A DNA stretch of 64,000 nucleotides from a virus (lineage: Duplodnaviria; Caudoviricetes). The DNA lies in the IMG/VR virus record IMGVR_UViG_2643221929_000003, positions 7,225-71,224 of that record; one strand, given 5' to 3'. Of the stretch, positions 48,972-57,924 are shown piece after piece (the stretch's first letter is position 1; each line of letters begins with the position of its first letter). The notes beneath the pieces are model-generated. The model searched no databases and was not told the DNA's origin. It worked only from the letters and a program-made list of their open reading frames with translations. The position numbers and the translations under genes were made by a program.

Positions 48972-49337
48972 ATGGACCTGCGTGTAATCAAGATTTTTAA
49001 TCACGGCAACAATGCAACCGAGCACGTTATGCTCAGAGCTGATGCGGACATTCCAGATCTATCTAAGTACGGTATCTGCGATAGTACCTATGTTCACGAC
49101 GACAAACCGTCCAACAAAGAACGGCACTTCTTTTGGTTTCCACCTAAAAAGATACTTTTGGGAGAATATGTCGTCCTAAACACAAGGCGTGGCACGTACG
49201 AGCGCTACGCTGACAAGGCCAACGACAGGATACTTCACCGCATATTTTGGGGACTGAACACCACCATATGGAACAAGGCGGGCGATAAAGCTGTTTTGTT
49301 TCATTTCTCTGCCGCGGTGGCTACAAATACTAGATGA
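48972..49337 (+). CDS. AT-rich moron: stand-alone lamin-tail-domain-like protein
   Basis: EHVML...DLSKY.I.D...FWFP...GEYVVLNT..G...FWG....IWNKAGDKAVL LTD pattern; antisense, lower GC. Confidence 0.65.
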   Translation: MDLRVIKIFNHGNNATEHVMLRADADIPDLSKYGICDSTYVHDDKPSNKERHFFWFPPKKILLGEYVVLNTRRGTYERYADKANDRILHRIFWGLNTTIWNKAGDKAVLFHFSAAVATNTR

Positions 49338-49367
49338 TGCTCTAGCTTGGAGACAGCTTGGTCCGGC

Positions 49368-49757
49368 TCAGCTCCCCGGCACCAGGTCGCCCTCGGTGCC
49401 GGGCAGCGGCCCGCGGCCGTGGCGGCGCAAGCGCTTCCCGCGGATCTTCTCGATCACCGCCGGATCCCACACCCGGGCCAGCTCAGCCTCGCCGCAGCTC
49501 AGCAGATCGAGGTCGACGTGCTGGGCGAGCACGGCCGCGGTGGTGAGCATGCCGCCGGCCTCCTGCGGAGGATCGCCGGCCGGTCGGCTGAAGACGTAGC
49601 GGAGGACCTGTTCCGCGTCGGCCTGGGTCATCCCGAGCGACTGCACCCACTCGGTCGCCTCCTCGAAGAAGCGGGCGATCCGCTCGGGCGTGTCGGTTGG
49701 GTCGCCCGCCGTGACGACGTCGAGCCATTCCTGGCATCGGGCCTGGAAGTTGTTCAT
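49368..49757 (-). CDS. MazG-like nucleotide pyrophosphohydrolase (putative)
   Basis: ERIARFFEEATE...YVFSRPAGDPPQEAGG all-alpha pattern. Confidence 0.55.
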   Translation of the reverse strand: MNNFQARCQEWLDVVTAGDPTDTPERIARFFEEATEWVQSLGMTQADAEQVLRYVFSRPAGDPPQEAGGMLTTAAVLAQHVDLDLLSCGEAELARVWDPAVIEKIRGKRLRRHGRGPLPGTEGDLVPGS

Positions 49758-50338
49758 GGCTGCCTCCTCATGAAGTGGTAGAGCTGGCGCCGGCCCTCGG
49801 CCGCCCAGTCGTGGTCCCAGTCGAGCCCGTCAGGGTTCAGGGTGATCGCGCCCGGCAGCCGGATCGGTCCGCAGAGGATCAGGTTGCGGGTGCGTGGGAG
49901 CTGCGCGAGCGTCTCCAGGTCGACGTAGTCGGACGGCTCGATGTCGATGAAGCACTGCGGCGCGGCGTTCGTGAGCGTCAGCAGCTGCGCGGCGCGCCGG
50001 GCGCGTGGGCGCTTCACGAAGCCGAACGGCTCGACGACGCGCTGGGCGCCGCCGATCATCGCCGACAGGCGCCACAGCCAGCGCACGTCGGCCGGGCGGA
50101 CGTGATAGAGCCCGCCGGTCTGGGCCGGGCTCATGGTCCGCACGAACGAGTGCGCCAGCGCGGGGCCCGCCTCGGGCTCCCCGAACTTGTGAGGGCAGGG
50201 GAGCCACCAGCGGTTCTCGACCTCGAACGGGCTATCGAGCCCGGCGAGGCGAGGCATGAGGCACCGGCCTCCGTCCTGCTCGTGCAGGAAGACGAAGTTG
50301 TCGTGTCGGTGCAGGCCGTAGCCCGGTGCCCGGATCAT
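49754..50338 (-). CDS. Hypothetical protein
   Basis: MIRAPGYGLHRH..., ATGA overlaps on both sides. Confidence 0.55.
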   Translation of the reverse strand: MIRAPGYGLHRHDNFVFLHEQDGGRCLMPRLAGLDSPFEVENRWWLPCPHKFGEPEAGPALAHSFVRTMSPAQTGGLYHVRPADVRWLWRLSAMIGGAQRVVEPFGFVKRPRARRAAQLLTLTNAAPQCFIDIEPSDYVDLETLAQLPRTRNLILCGPIRLPGAITLNPDGLDWDHDWAAEGRRQLYHFMRRQP

Positions 50339-50553
50339 CCGACTTCCTGCTGGTTCGAGGTGGACGGCTGCAGCCGGCGGGCGAGGAACAGCCCGAGGCA
50401 GCGGCGGGTGAGGGGATCGACCCGCATGCGCTCGCCGGTCGCCGGATCGGCCATGGTGCTGAGCCGGCCGGTCAGGTCGGCCGCGCGGTGGGCGAGCGGC
50501 AGCTTGTGGTGGATGCGCAGCAGGTTGAAGAACGGCTTGGTGTGCAAGATCAT
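50335..50553 (-). CDS. Hypothetical protein
   Basis: 72 aa, overlaps neighbours. Confidence 0.5.
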   Translation of the reverse strand: MILHTKPFFNLLRIHHKLPLAHRAADLTGRLSTMADPATGERMRVDPLTRRCLGLFLARRLQPSTSNQQEVG

Positions 50554-51011
50554 TCGGGGAGTGCTCCGAAACTCGGCGGTGTGAGAAGTTCTTCCACATT
50601 CATGTCCACGATATCGGCTATGGCGCTGACCTCTGAGACTGTGAAGTCATGGTATCCCTGCTCCATCGCGGCGAGAACGACGCGATTAGCGAACTTGTAG
50701 CGGTCGCTGAACTGACCGTGTGTGAGACTTTCGGCGAGGCGAGCAGCCAGAAGCTTGCGGCCGATGCGGATATGCACGGGCCCCAGCACCTCGCGCTGCT
50801 GGAACTTCTTGTGGTAGGTCGCGCGCTGCTGCGGCCGGCCCGCTCGGGCCTTGTCCCGCTGCAGGCGCTGCTCTGGGCTCAGCGCGGAGTTGGCCGTGCC
50901 GTAGTAGGTGCGGACGCTGGTCGGCTTCAGGTTCGGCAGCGCCTCCTGGACCTCCTTGAGGGACAGGCCCTCAAGAATGAGGGCCTGCACCTTGGCGATG
51001 CTGGGCGTCAT
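50550..51011 (-). CDS. XRE-like HTH transcription regulator
   Basis: IGRKLLAARLAESLTHGQFS...LAAMEQGYHDFTVSEVSAIADIVDMNVEELL XRE pattern plus an N-terminal HTH-like segment. Confidence 0.7.
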   Translation of the reverse strand: MTPSIAKVQALILEGLSLKEVQEALPNLKPTSVRTYYGTANSALSPEQRLQRDKARAGRPQQRATYHKKFQQREVLGPVHIRIGRKLLAARLAESLTHGQFSDRYKFANRVVLAAMEQGYHDFTVSEVSAIADIVDMNVEELLTPPSFGALPE

Positions 51012-51679
51012 GACTGGGCGAGCCTCCGGTCGATCATGCGCTTGCGCGTGCCGTGGGCCGGGAAGCCGACGATTACCCCTCGGGGTCGGGCGCGAGAGCA
51101 GAGGTTGCAGGTCGAGCAGGTCACCCGCTCGGCGTAGGTGGCCGGGCAGACCGCGATCTCGCGGCCGGCCGGTGTGCGGTGGCGGCCTCGACCGGCGTCG
51201 GACGGCAGGACCGTCACGACGCTCATGTCCGGTGCCTCGTCGAGCAGGCGGTCGGCCTCGGCCGCGCTGTCGGTGGAGCAGTTGACGTGGAAGCCCAACT
51301 TCCTGGCCTGACGGTACGTTTCGTACTGTCGGCCATGGGTAAAGACAATCGCCTCGCGACCGCCGTTGGCCCGAGCTAGCTTGAGCACGTCGTCGTGGGC
51401 CGGCGGCAGGTCGCCGGCCGTGCCGTAGCGCCAGCGGATCTTCTTCGGCAGGGCGCGGATCAGGTGGCAGAGCTGGTCGAGCGTGACCTGATTGACGGCG
51501 GTGCCGGCGGTCAGGTTGCGCCAGAAGATCGAGCCGGGCCCGTGCTCGGCGTAGCAGCCGGCGCCGCGGAGGCCGCAGGAGGCGGGGCAGGTCGCGGCGG
51601 AAGCCATCACGGCGGGCATCGGTCCGAGCTTGCGGTTCTGGGAGGCACGGCGGAAGTGGAAGAACATGGTGATCCTCAT
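51008..51679 (-). CDS. Cys-rich gp88/DUF7227-like protein
   Basis: NRKLG...TCPASC...CYA...RYGTAGD...FTH...CPA...CSTCNLC; motif A at 51688-51702 upstream and 51313-51327 inside. Confidence 0.65.
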   Translation of the reverse strand: MRITMFFHFRRASQNRKLGPMPAVMASAATCPASCGLRGAGCYAEHGPGSIFWRNLTAGTAVNQVTLDQLCHLIRALPKKIRWRYGTAGDLPPAHDDVLKLARANGGREAIVFTHGRQYETYRQARKLGFHVNCSTDSAAEADRLLDEAPDMSVVTVLPSDAGRGRHRTPAGREIAVCPATYAERVTCSTCNLCSRARPRGVIVGFPAHGTRKRMIDRRLAQS

Positions 51680-51720
51680 GGGCTGGCGGTACGTTTCGGA
51701 CCGCGGGTGGTGGACATGCG

Positions 51721-52020
51721 TCAGGCGGCGATATCGAGCGGCTGGCATGCCGCGAGGTGGACGTCCTCACGGCCGCGGGCCTTCAGCGTGACTGCGCCCT
51801 CGGTCATGATGGCGATGGTAGCCCCGCACGGCATGACGGGCTCACCGTTGCCGTTCAGGAGCTGCGACGGGCCGTGGAAGATGACCTCGTCGTAGTAGTA
51901 GGGCTGGCCATGCTTGCCGCGGGTGACCCGGACCGCGGGCTGGCGCTGGTCAGCGGGAAGCTTGCGATTTGCGGCAATAATGTGCCGGTTCATAACAATG
52001 TAGATCGGAGCATTTTTCAT
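51721..52020 (-). CDS. Hypothetical phage protein
   Basis: 99 aa, NRHIIAANRK...EVIFHGPS...PCGA. Confidence 0.6.
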   Translation of the reverse strand: MKNAPIYIVMNRHIIAANRKLPADQRQPAVRVTRGKHGQPYYYDEVIFHGPSQLLNGNGEPVMPCGATIAIMTEGAVTLKARGREDVHLAACQPLDIAA

Positions 52021-52072
52021 CTGTCGTCTCCCGCCAATTTCAGTCCTATAGGTCCTTTCACCTAAACTAGAG

Positions 52073-52507
52073 GTGATTGAACTGATGGATCACGTTGAGC
52101 TTATTAAGCAGCTTGTCATCTATTTCGATAAAATAGATAAGTTGTTAGCATTCCTGGCCTTTGTCCTTCTAGTAGCTGGCGCCGATTTCAAGCTTGAGCT
52201 GAAAAATATTTCGATCAATTTTGATCGTCGGCAAATCATCTATTTTAGGACTGCTGGCATATGTCTTCTCTTATTGTCCATGCTTCCCTCTTTGCTCGCA
52301 ATTTTATTTAAGCCAGTTGATCTAAAAGATTTAGTCGAGTTAAAGGCAATTATTGATAACACGCAAGGTATGACAGATAGAGGTCTTAACGGCAGCAGCG
52401 AGGGCGAGCATTGCTTTTACGCAACTAAAGAAATGCCGTATGCGCACGGGTCTAATCTCGCAGCCCAGACAAAAATCAACAGCATGATCAAAGCACTTCG
52501 CCCTTGA
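52073..52507 (+). CDS. AT-rich moron: two-TM membrane protein
   Basis: 144 aa, two hydrophobic segments, antisense, low GC. Confidence 0.6.
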   Translation: MIELMDHVELIKQLVIYFDKIDKLLAFLAFVLLVAGADFKLELKNISINFDRRQIIYFRTAGICLLLLSMLPSLLAILFKPVDLKDLVELKAIIDNTQGMTDRGLNGSSEGEHCFYATKEMPYAHGSNLAAQTKINSMIKALRP

Positions 52508-52510
52508 CGT

Positions 52511-52906
52511 TCAAATCTCTTTGAAGCGCGGCGGTACCATCTCGTCCGGGAAGCGGACGAAGGTGCCGTGCTCGTTGCGGTAGACGGTGACGGGCTGGCC
52601 ATCGTGGATGGCCCGGGTGTTGGCGCGGCCCATCTCCTCGGTCTTGTAGGAGACCTGGAACAGCGCCTTCTCGGCGATCACGTCGTAGGTGCGGCCGTTC
52701 TTGAAGTGCCGGACCTGGCGCTCGGCCTGGCCGGCGTTGATCGCCGCCGCGATGCGCTCGGCGAACGCCGTCATCTCCTCGGGCGTCCGCGCCTGCGTGG
52801 CGTTCATCAGCCCGAGCATGCCGACGACGGCGCCGGCCTCGTTGTGCAGCGTGATGCTGGAGCCCACGACGGAGCTGAAGGCGACCGCCTGTGCGGTGAT
52901 CCTCAT
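52511..52906 (-). CDS. Hypothetical protein with DUF1653-like C-terminus
   Basis: RHFKNGRTYDVI...VTVYRNEHG.FVRF..EM...RF pattern. Confidence 0.6.
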   Translation of the reverse strand: MRITAQAVAFSSVVGSSITLHNEAGAVVGMLGLMNATQARTPEEMTAFAERIAAAINAGQAERQVRHFKNGRTYDVIAEKALFQVSYKTEEMGRANTRAIHDGQPVTVYRNEHGTFVRFPDEMVPPRFKEI

Positions 52907-52980
52907 CAAACTTCTCCCAAGCTTGGCTGTTTCGGAGTGCTAGTACGAGCACCCCGCCCAGAGGCGGGGTGCGGTGCCGG

Positions 52981-54486
52981 TCAGTCGCGGACGATGCGCT
53001 TGACGTAGCGGTTCAGGACGCCCTGCAGGCCGTCGTGCTCGGTCTGGACGATCAGGCGGAACTCGGCGCCCTCGTCGACCTGGGCGACCTCGTAGATGCC
53101 GGCCGGCGGCCAGCCGCCGTCCACGGTCTCGATGCGGTCGCCGACCTTGGCTTCGAGTGCCGGGGCCTCGGGCTCGACCGGGAACTCGACCTGCTCGGCG
53201 ACGGTGCGCGGCCACAGCCGCTCACCGCGGACGGTCACGGCCACGATGGCGCGGTTGATCACCGCCACGCCGCCATCGACATCGCGCAGCTCGACCCGCC
53301 AGAACCAGCTGTCGGTGTCGATCTGGTTGTGGTCGTCATCCTCGGAGTAGCCGACCACGGTGTAGTCGCCGTCCTTGATGACGGGGTCGTTCTCGACCCG
53401 GATCTGCGCACCCTCGCAGACCAGAGCGGCGGCCGTGATCTCGTGGTCCTTCAGCACCCGGTTGATCCGATCCGGCTCGATCAGGTCGCCATCGAGGCCG
53501 CGGACTTGGTCCGCGTCGCCCACGACGCCGTAGAGGACGGCATCGAACTCGACGTACTCGACCACCGTGCCGGGCTGATGGATGACGGCGTCTTCGTCGT
53601 CCTCCTCGGGCAGCAGCTCGATCTGGTTCTCGTCCTCCTCCTCGACGGTGTCGTCGACACCCTCGTCCTGATCGACCTCGTCGAGGGTGGCGTCGTTCGG
53701 CGCCGGCATCTGCGAGCGGGGCGTGAGGACCGGGCGGCCGAGGATGGTGGCCGCGTACTCCTCGTCCAGCTCGTCGATCACCTCGTAGGCGCAGATCCGC
53801 ATCTTGGTGCCGTCGTAGGAGTAGGGCACGGAGACGACGTCGTGCGGCCACACGGCGATCAGCATCCCCCGGCGGCCATCGGCGCCGAGGCCGAAGTCCT
53901 TCACGTAGTCGGGCGTGCCGACATGCAGGCCGGTCGAGCAGCAGGCGTTCGGGTCGGAGTTGACCCGGTCGCGCGGCATGTGCGGCGTGTCGCCGATCAT
54001 GTTGCGGAACGAGTTGCCGGTGTGGATGTCCATGTAGTCGCCGCGCACGGCCTTGTAGGCGACGAACCGGCCGTCCTCCAGGAAGCCGAGCTGCGACTTC
54101 TCCAAGAACACCGGCAGGCGCTCGATGGCGGCCTGCGTCGGGTTCTGCACGAGCGACCCGAGCGCGTTCCAGAGCGGGGCGAAGGGCTCGCCGGCCTTCT
54201 GGAACTCCAGGATGCGCTCGACCCAGAGGCCGGTGAGCACCTGGCCCTTGAACACGATGTCCTGGCCGATGAACGTGATGGCGCCGAAGCTGTCGCGCAG
54301 CAGCGCCTTGCGGACGTCGACCAGCGCCATCAGGTGCTCGGCGTCGTGCTCGCCCGGGGCGAGCAGGAGCTGCTTGGCCTCGGCGTAGCGCTCGTGCTCG
54401 CGGGTCAGCGAGTACGGCTTGCCCTTCACGAAGAAGGTCAGCGACTGGTTCGAGATGGTGTAGGGAAGACGAACAGCGTTGGTCAT
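52981..54486 (-). CDS. rIIB: RIIB-like protein
   Basis: DGRFVAYKAV, MPRDRV..DP...CSTGLHV, DVVSVP..Y...KMRICAYEV motifs; acidic C-terminal extension. Confidence 0.8.
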   Translation of the reverse strand: MTNAVRLPYTISNQSLTFFVKGKPYSLTREHERYAEAKQLLLAPGEHDAEHLMALVDVRKALLRDSFGAITFIGQDIVFKGQVLTGLWVERILEFQKAGEPFAPLWNALGSLVQNPTQAAIERLPVFLEKSQLGFLEDGRFVAYKAVRGDYMDIHTGNSFRNMIGDTPHMPRDRVNSDPNACCSTGLHVGTPDYVKDFGLGADGRRGMLIAVWPHDVVSVPYSYDGTKMRICAYEVIDELDEEYAATILGRPVLTPRSQMPAPNDATLDEVDQDEGVDDTVEEEDENQIELLPEEDDEDAVIHQPGTVVEYVEFDAVLYGVVGDADQVRGLDGDLIEPDRINRVLKDHEITAAALVCEGAQIRVENDPVIKDGDYTVVGYSEDDDHNQIDTDSWFWRVELRDVDGGVAVINRAIVAVTVRGERLWPRTVAEQVEFPVEPEAPALEAKVGDRIETVDGGWPPAGIYEVAQVDEGAEFRLIVQTEHDGLQGVLNRYVKRIVRD

Positions 54487-54576
54487 GATCATATCCAATA
54501 TGGCTGGCCGTTGGTACGAAACGGACGATGTATTGCAGGCGCACTGACCCCGTAGGATCAGTGCGTTGGCGGACGA

Positions 54577-56688
54577 CTACTTGTTGATGAGACTAAAGTA
54601 GTGGTCGAACTTACGCTGCACGTCGCCGTCGCACTTGGTGTAGTGGTACTGGAACAGTGCGTTCAGCAGGGTGACGAACAGCGGATACTTGGCCGTGAAC
54701 TCCTTCCAGGCGGTCTTGACGCCCTGGGTCGGGTCCTTGGCGACCGACTTGAGGTCGGTGCCGGTCAGGGAGAGGAGCACGGCCGCGAGGCGGTCGTGAT
54801 CATTGTCGTCGCGCTCCAGCATGTCCCGCTCGCGGTTGAGCCGGCGCATCTCGTTGATCATCTCCTTCAGCTCCGGCGGGGCCAGGCCGAGGTCGATCTC
54901 CTTGTCGACCGTGCGGCGCAGGGCCTCCGGGAAGCTGGCGTAGGACCACGGGATGGTCGGTGCGACCTGGGTCGGGTCGATGGCGGCGTCGAGCAGCTCG
55001 ACCAGGTGGTCGCCGAGCGAGATCCAGTGGTCGAGCGGCTGCTCGTCCTCGTTGACGACGACACAGGTCATGTCGCCGCCGATCTGGTCGATCAGGCTGT
55101 TCTTCCGCATCGCGTGCAGGATGCCGCGCAGGTTGGTGCTGTAGCGGTCTGTGAACTCATGCACCTCGCCGTCGACGGTGAGGATGTGCGTGAGCTTCTT
55201 CCCTCGGCCCTTGATGCGGAGGTACAGCAGCTCGTCGTCGTGATCGACGAACTCCGACCAGGTCTCCAGGGTCTGCAGGTTGACGACCTTGCGACGCTTG
55301 ACGCTCTCCGGCCGCTTCTCCCTCGGACCGCGGGTGCTCTTCGGCAGCTTGATGTCGTCGAGCAGCACGTAGTCGGGGTTGCCCATCCGCGCCAGAGCGA
55401 AGGCCAGGTCGGCACGCTTGCAGCGGACCCAGAGCAGCTTCTCCTCGGTGAGGCCGGCCGCCTCCAGGCGCTCGACGGAGCGGCTGGTGTTGTGCTGGAT
55501 CACGACCTTGCGGTCCTGCAGCTCGCCCGGGTTGATCTCCCAGTCGGCCTTGAACGTGACCGGCACGCCGTTGCGGGTCCGGTCGCGCAGCTCCGGCCAC
55601 CGGACGGCCTTGACCGGGCCGCTGCCGGGGAACAGCTGGTCGAAGAAGCCGAACCCACGCCAGCCGATCTCGCGGACGACGTGCCACTGCCGACCCGGCA
55701 GGGTGTCGGCGATGTCCATGGCCTTCCAGCGGGCATCGAAGTAGGTCCGGCAGGCATCGACCTGGGCACGGGCGTTGCGCATCCAGTCGATCCGGTAGGC
55801 CTCGAACAGGGCCTCCAGCCCGGACTGGGTGCGGTCGTCGTACTGCAGGTTCTCACGCGAGGCAGACACCGAGATGGTGCCGATCTTCGCCTCGAACACG
55901 ATGCAGGTCTCGTGGTCGAGCATGTTGGTGTCGGGCATGTTGTAGGGGTCGATGGGGTACATGACCGGCCCGAGCATGACCTGCGGCCCCTCGAACGGCA
56001 CCGTGCCCTTGCGGTAGACGGTCCAGCCGTCGCCCTTGTTAAGCACCTTCGGCTCGCCGAAGTCGATGGCCGGCGAGATGACCGGACGCGGGTGGAACGA
56101 CCACAGCACGGCCTTGGCGTGCTCGTGGAAGCGGCCGATGTCGGCCTCGCGGACCGGGAAGGAGATCTCCAGGCCGGTGCCGCGATCCTCGGGCTCAAGC
56201 ACCCACTCGCCCAGGAACGAGATCTGGATCTTGCCGGCCTCGGACACGCCGATGGAGTAGACGCGCCGGAACCCGCGGAAGCGGGAGATGACGGTGAAGG
56301 CGCCGGCGCCGTCCGAGCGCATCAGGTAGGCGAGCGCGGCCTTCGAGCCGAAGCCCCAGCCGCCCACGGCGTCGTCGTCGCCGTCCTTGGTGCTTTCGCC
56401 GATCTTGGCGTACTTGTTCATCATGAACGAGTGCGGCAGGCCCGGCCCGAAGTCACGGATGGTGTACTGCGGGTTGAACCGCGTGGGCAGCTCGATCTCG
56501 AAGGGCTTTTTGGGCGGCGAAACCTCCCAAGCATTGGTCGCGTACTCGCGGACCGGGTAGACGATCTTGTCGGAAACCATGCCGGTGAGCAGAGCGTAGA
56601 CGATCTTCGCGTCACCGCCGACGCCGGTCTGCTTGACCTGCTGCGCGCCTTCGCCAACGGTCTCGTTGAGAGCATGAACCATACGCAT
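54577..56688 (-). CDS. rIIA: RIIA-like protein (GHKL/HATPase N-terminus)
   Basis: SDKI..PVREYATNA, IRDFGPGL, ESTK, GGWGFGSKA, SRENLQYD; adjacent to rIIB. Confidence 0.8.
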   Translation of the reverse strand: MRMVHALNETVGEGAQQVKQTGVGGDAKIVYALLTGMVSDKIVYPVREYATNAWEVSPPKKPFEIELPTRFNPQYTIRDFGPGLPHSFMMNKYAKIGESTKDGDDDAVGGWGFGSKAALAYLMRSDGAGAFTVISRFRGFRRVYSIGVSEAGKIQISFLGEWVLEPEDRGTGLEISFPVREADIGRFHEHAKAVLWSFHPRPVISPAIDFGEPKVLNKGDGWTVYRKGTVPFEGPQVMLGPVMYPIDPYNMPDTNMLDHETCIVFEAKIGTISVSASRENLQYDDRTQSGLEALFEAYRIDWMRNARAQVDACRTYFDARWKAMDIADTLPGRQWHVVREIGWRGFGFFDQLFPGSGPVKAVRWPELRDRTRNGVPVTFKADWEINPGELQDRKVVIQHNTSRSVERLEAAGLTEEKLLWVRCKRADLAFALARMGNPDYVLLDDIKLPKSTRGPREKRPESVKRRKVVNLQTLETWSEFVDHDDELLYLRIKGRGKKLTHILTVDGEVHEFTDRYSTNLRGILHAMRKNSLIDQIGGDMTCVVVNEDEQPLDHWISLGDHLVELLDAAIDPTQVAPTIPWSYASFPEALRRTVDKEIDLGLAPPELKEMINEMRRLNRERDMLERDDNDHDRLAAVLLSLTGTDLKSVAKDPTQGVKTAWKEFTAKYPLFVTLLNALFQYHYTKCDGDVQRKFDHYFSLINK

Positions 56689-56712
56689 TGGAGTTCTCCT
56701 GAGAGGCTGAAC

Positions 56713-56727
56713 GGTACGTTTCGTACC
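56713..56727. promoter_or_regulatory. Motif A operator GGTACG-TTT-CGTACC upstream of rIIA
   Basis: Perfect palindrome in the intergenic region; another copy at 54513-54527 upstream of rIIB. Confidence 0.75.
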
Positions 56728-56784
56728 GTGTGGGGTCAACAAAAATCAGTCTAATGTCGTCGATTTATTGGGGCACGTACGCCC

Positions 56785-57024
56785 CTATACTTGGCAAAGC
56801 TCCGCACGCCGGGCTTTCAGCTCCCGGATTGCTTGCTGGCGGTGGAAGTAGGCGAGCCGAAGATTGCGAGGCGCGTCCGGTGTGTTGGCGCTCTGCTCCT
56901 TCAGCTCTTCCAGATTGCGCTTGAGCCGGGTCAGGTAGGCGTCGCACTCGTCCAGCGTGCCGACATCGGCGGCCGTCTTCGTGCGAGCCTGGTCGATCCA
57001 GCTCGGTGCGTTCGACTTACCCAA
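56785..57024 (-). CDS. Hypothetical protein
   Basis: Coiled-coil-like small ORF; start uncertain. Confidence 0.45.
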   Translation of the reverse strand: MGKSNAPSWIDQARTKTAADVGTLDECDAYLTRLKRNLEELKEQSANTPDAPRNLRLAYFHRQQAIRELKARRAELCQV

Positions 57025-57670
57025 GACCCTCCCCCTCGCGGTAGGTGATCGAGAAGACCGCACGCACGCCCTGCAGGCTGGCGCGGGCCTCCTCCTCGGT
57101 GTCGAAGATGTACCAGTTCAGGCCGCGCTCCGCAGCAAACTCCTTGCCGCCGACGACCTGCTTGCCGGCCTCGTTGAGCTTGCGGTCGTAGACCCGCACC
57201 CACTTCGTGATCGGCGGGTTCACCTCGAACACGTCGCCCGGGTGATCGCCCTGGCTGGCCGGGTGGAGGCCAGCCTTGGTGCGCAGGCCGGCCGCGGTGC
57301 CGCCATCCGGCAGGGTGATGCGGACGCCGACCGGGAACTCGCCCGGATCGTTGAAGGAGACGATCTCCACCGGCAGGCCCTCGCGGGTCCGATACTCGCG
57401 GCCCGGCCTTAGGGTCCGGGCGACGAATGTGGTGTCCTCGGGCCGGCGGGCGATCAGGTTCTCGCCCTTAGCGCCGTCGAGCGCCGTGTCGACGGTCGTG
57501 ACCTTGCCGGTCTGCCGGTCCTCGACCGAGAAGATGGTCGCGGTCGAGCCCTGGCTCTGGATCTCGCTCGCAAAGGCGGCGGCCTCCTCGGGCGACGAGG
57601 CGGCCGTCTCGATGGCCCAGTCGACGCGGAAGAGCTTCAGGCCGGCCGCGAGTGGGGTGTGCATGTTCAT
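57017..57670 (-). CDS. Hypothetical protein
   Basis: 217 aa with AGAGGA RBS; YRTREG phage motif. Confidence 0.65.
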   Translation of the reverse strand: MNMHTPLAAGLKLFRVDWAIETAASSPEEAAAFASEIQSQGSTATIFSVEDRQTGKVTTVDTALDGAKGENLIARRPEDTTFVARTLRPGREYRTREGLPVEIVSFNDPGEFPVGVRITLPDGGTAAGLRTKAGLHPASQGDHPGDVFEVNPPITKWVRVYDRKLNEAGKQVVGGKEFAAERGLNWYIFDTEEEARASLQGVRAVFSITYREGEGLG

Positions 57671-57681
57671 GGCGTGTCCTC

Positions 57682-57924
57682 TCAGTCGGTGCCGTCGCGG
57701 ACGGCGATGAGCGCCGCGATCACGGCGTCGAGGTTGCGGAAGGGGATGGAGAGGCGGGCGGCGCCGGAGCGCCGGCCACGCGAGACGAGGCCGACGAGGT
57801 GCGTCTCGCCGCCGAAGACCTCGACGGCGATGCCGTGGGCCTGCATCGTCCCGTTGCGGCCGAAGTGGCCGGTGCGGGTCTGCTCGTCGAAGTGAATGGC
57901 TTGGTGATGCGGCCGAGCCGCCAT
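57682..57924 (-). CDS. Hypothetical protein
   Basis: 80 aa with GAGGAGG RBS; motif A (57952-57966) and motif C (57971-57985) upstream. Confidence 0.65.
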   Translation of the reverse strand: MAARPHHQAIHFDEQTRTGHFGRNGTMQAHGIAVEVFGGETHLVGLVSRGRRSGAARLSIPFRNLDAVIAALIAVRDGTD

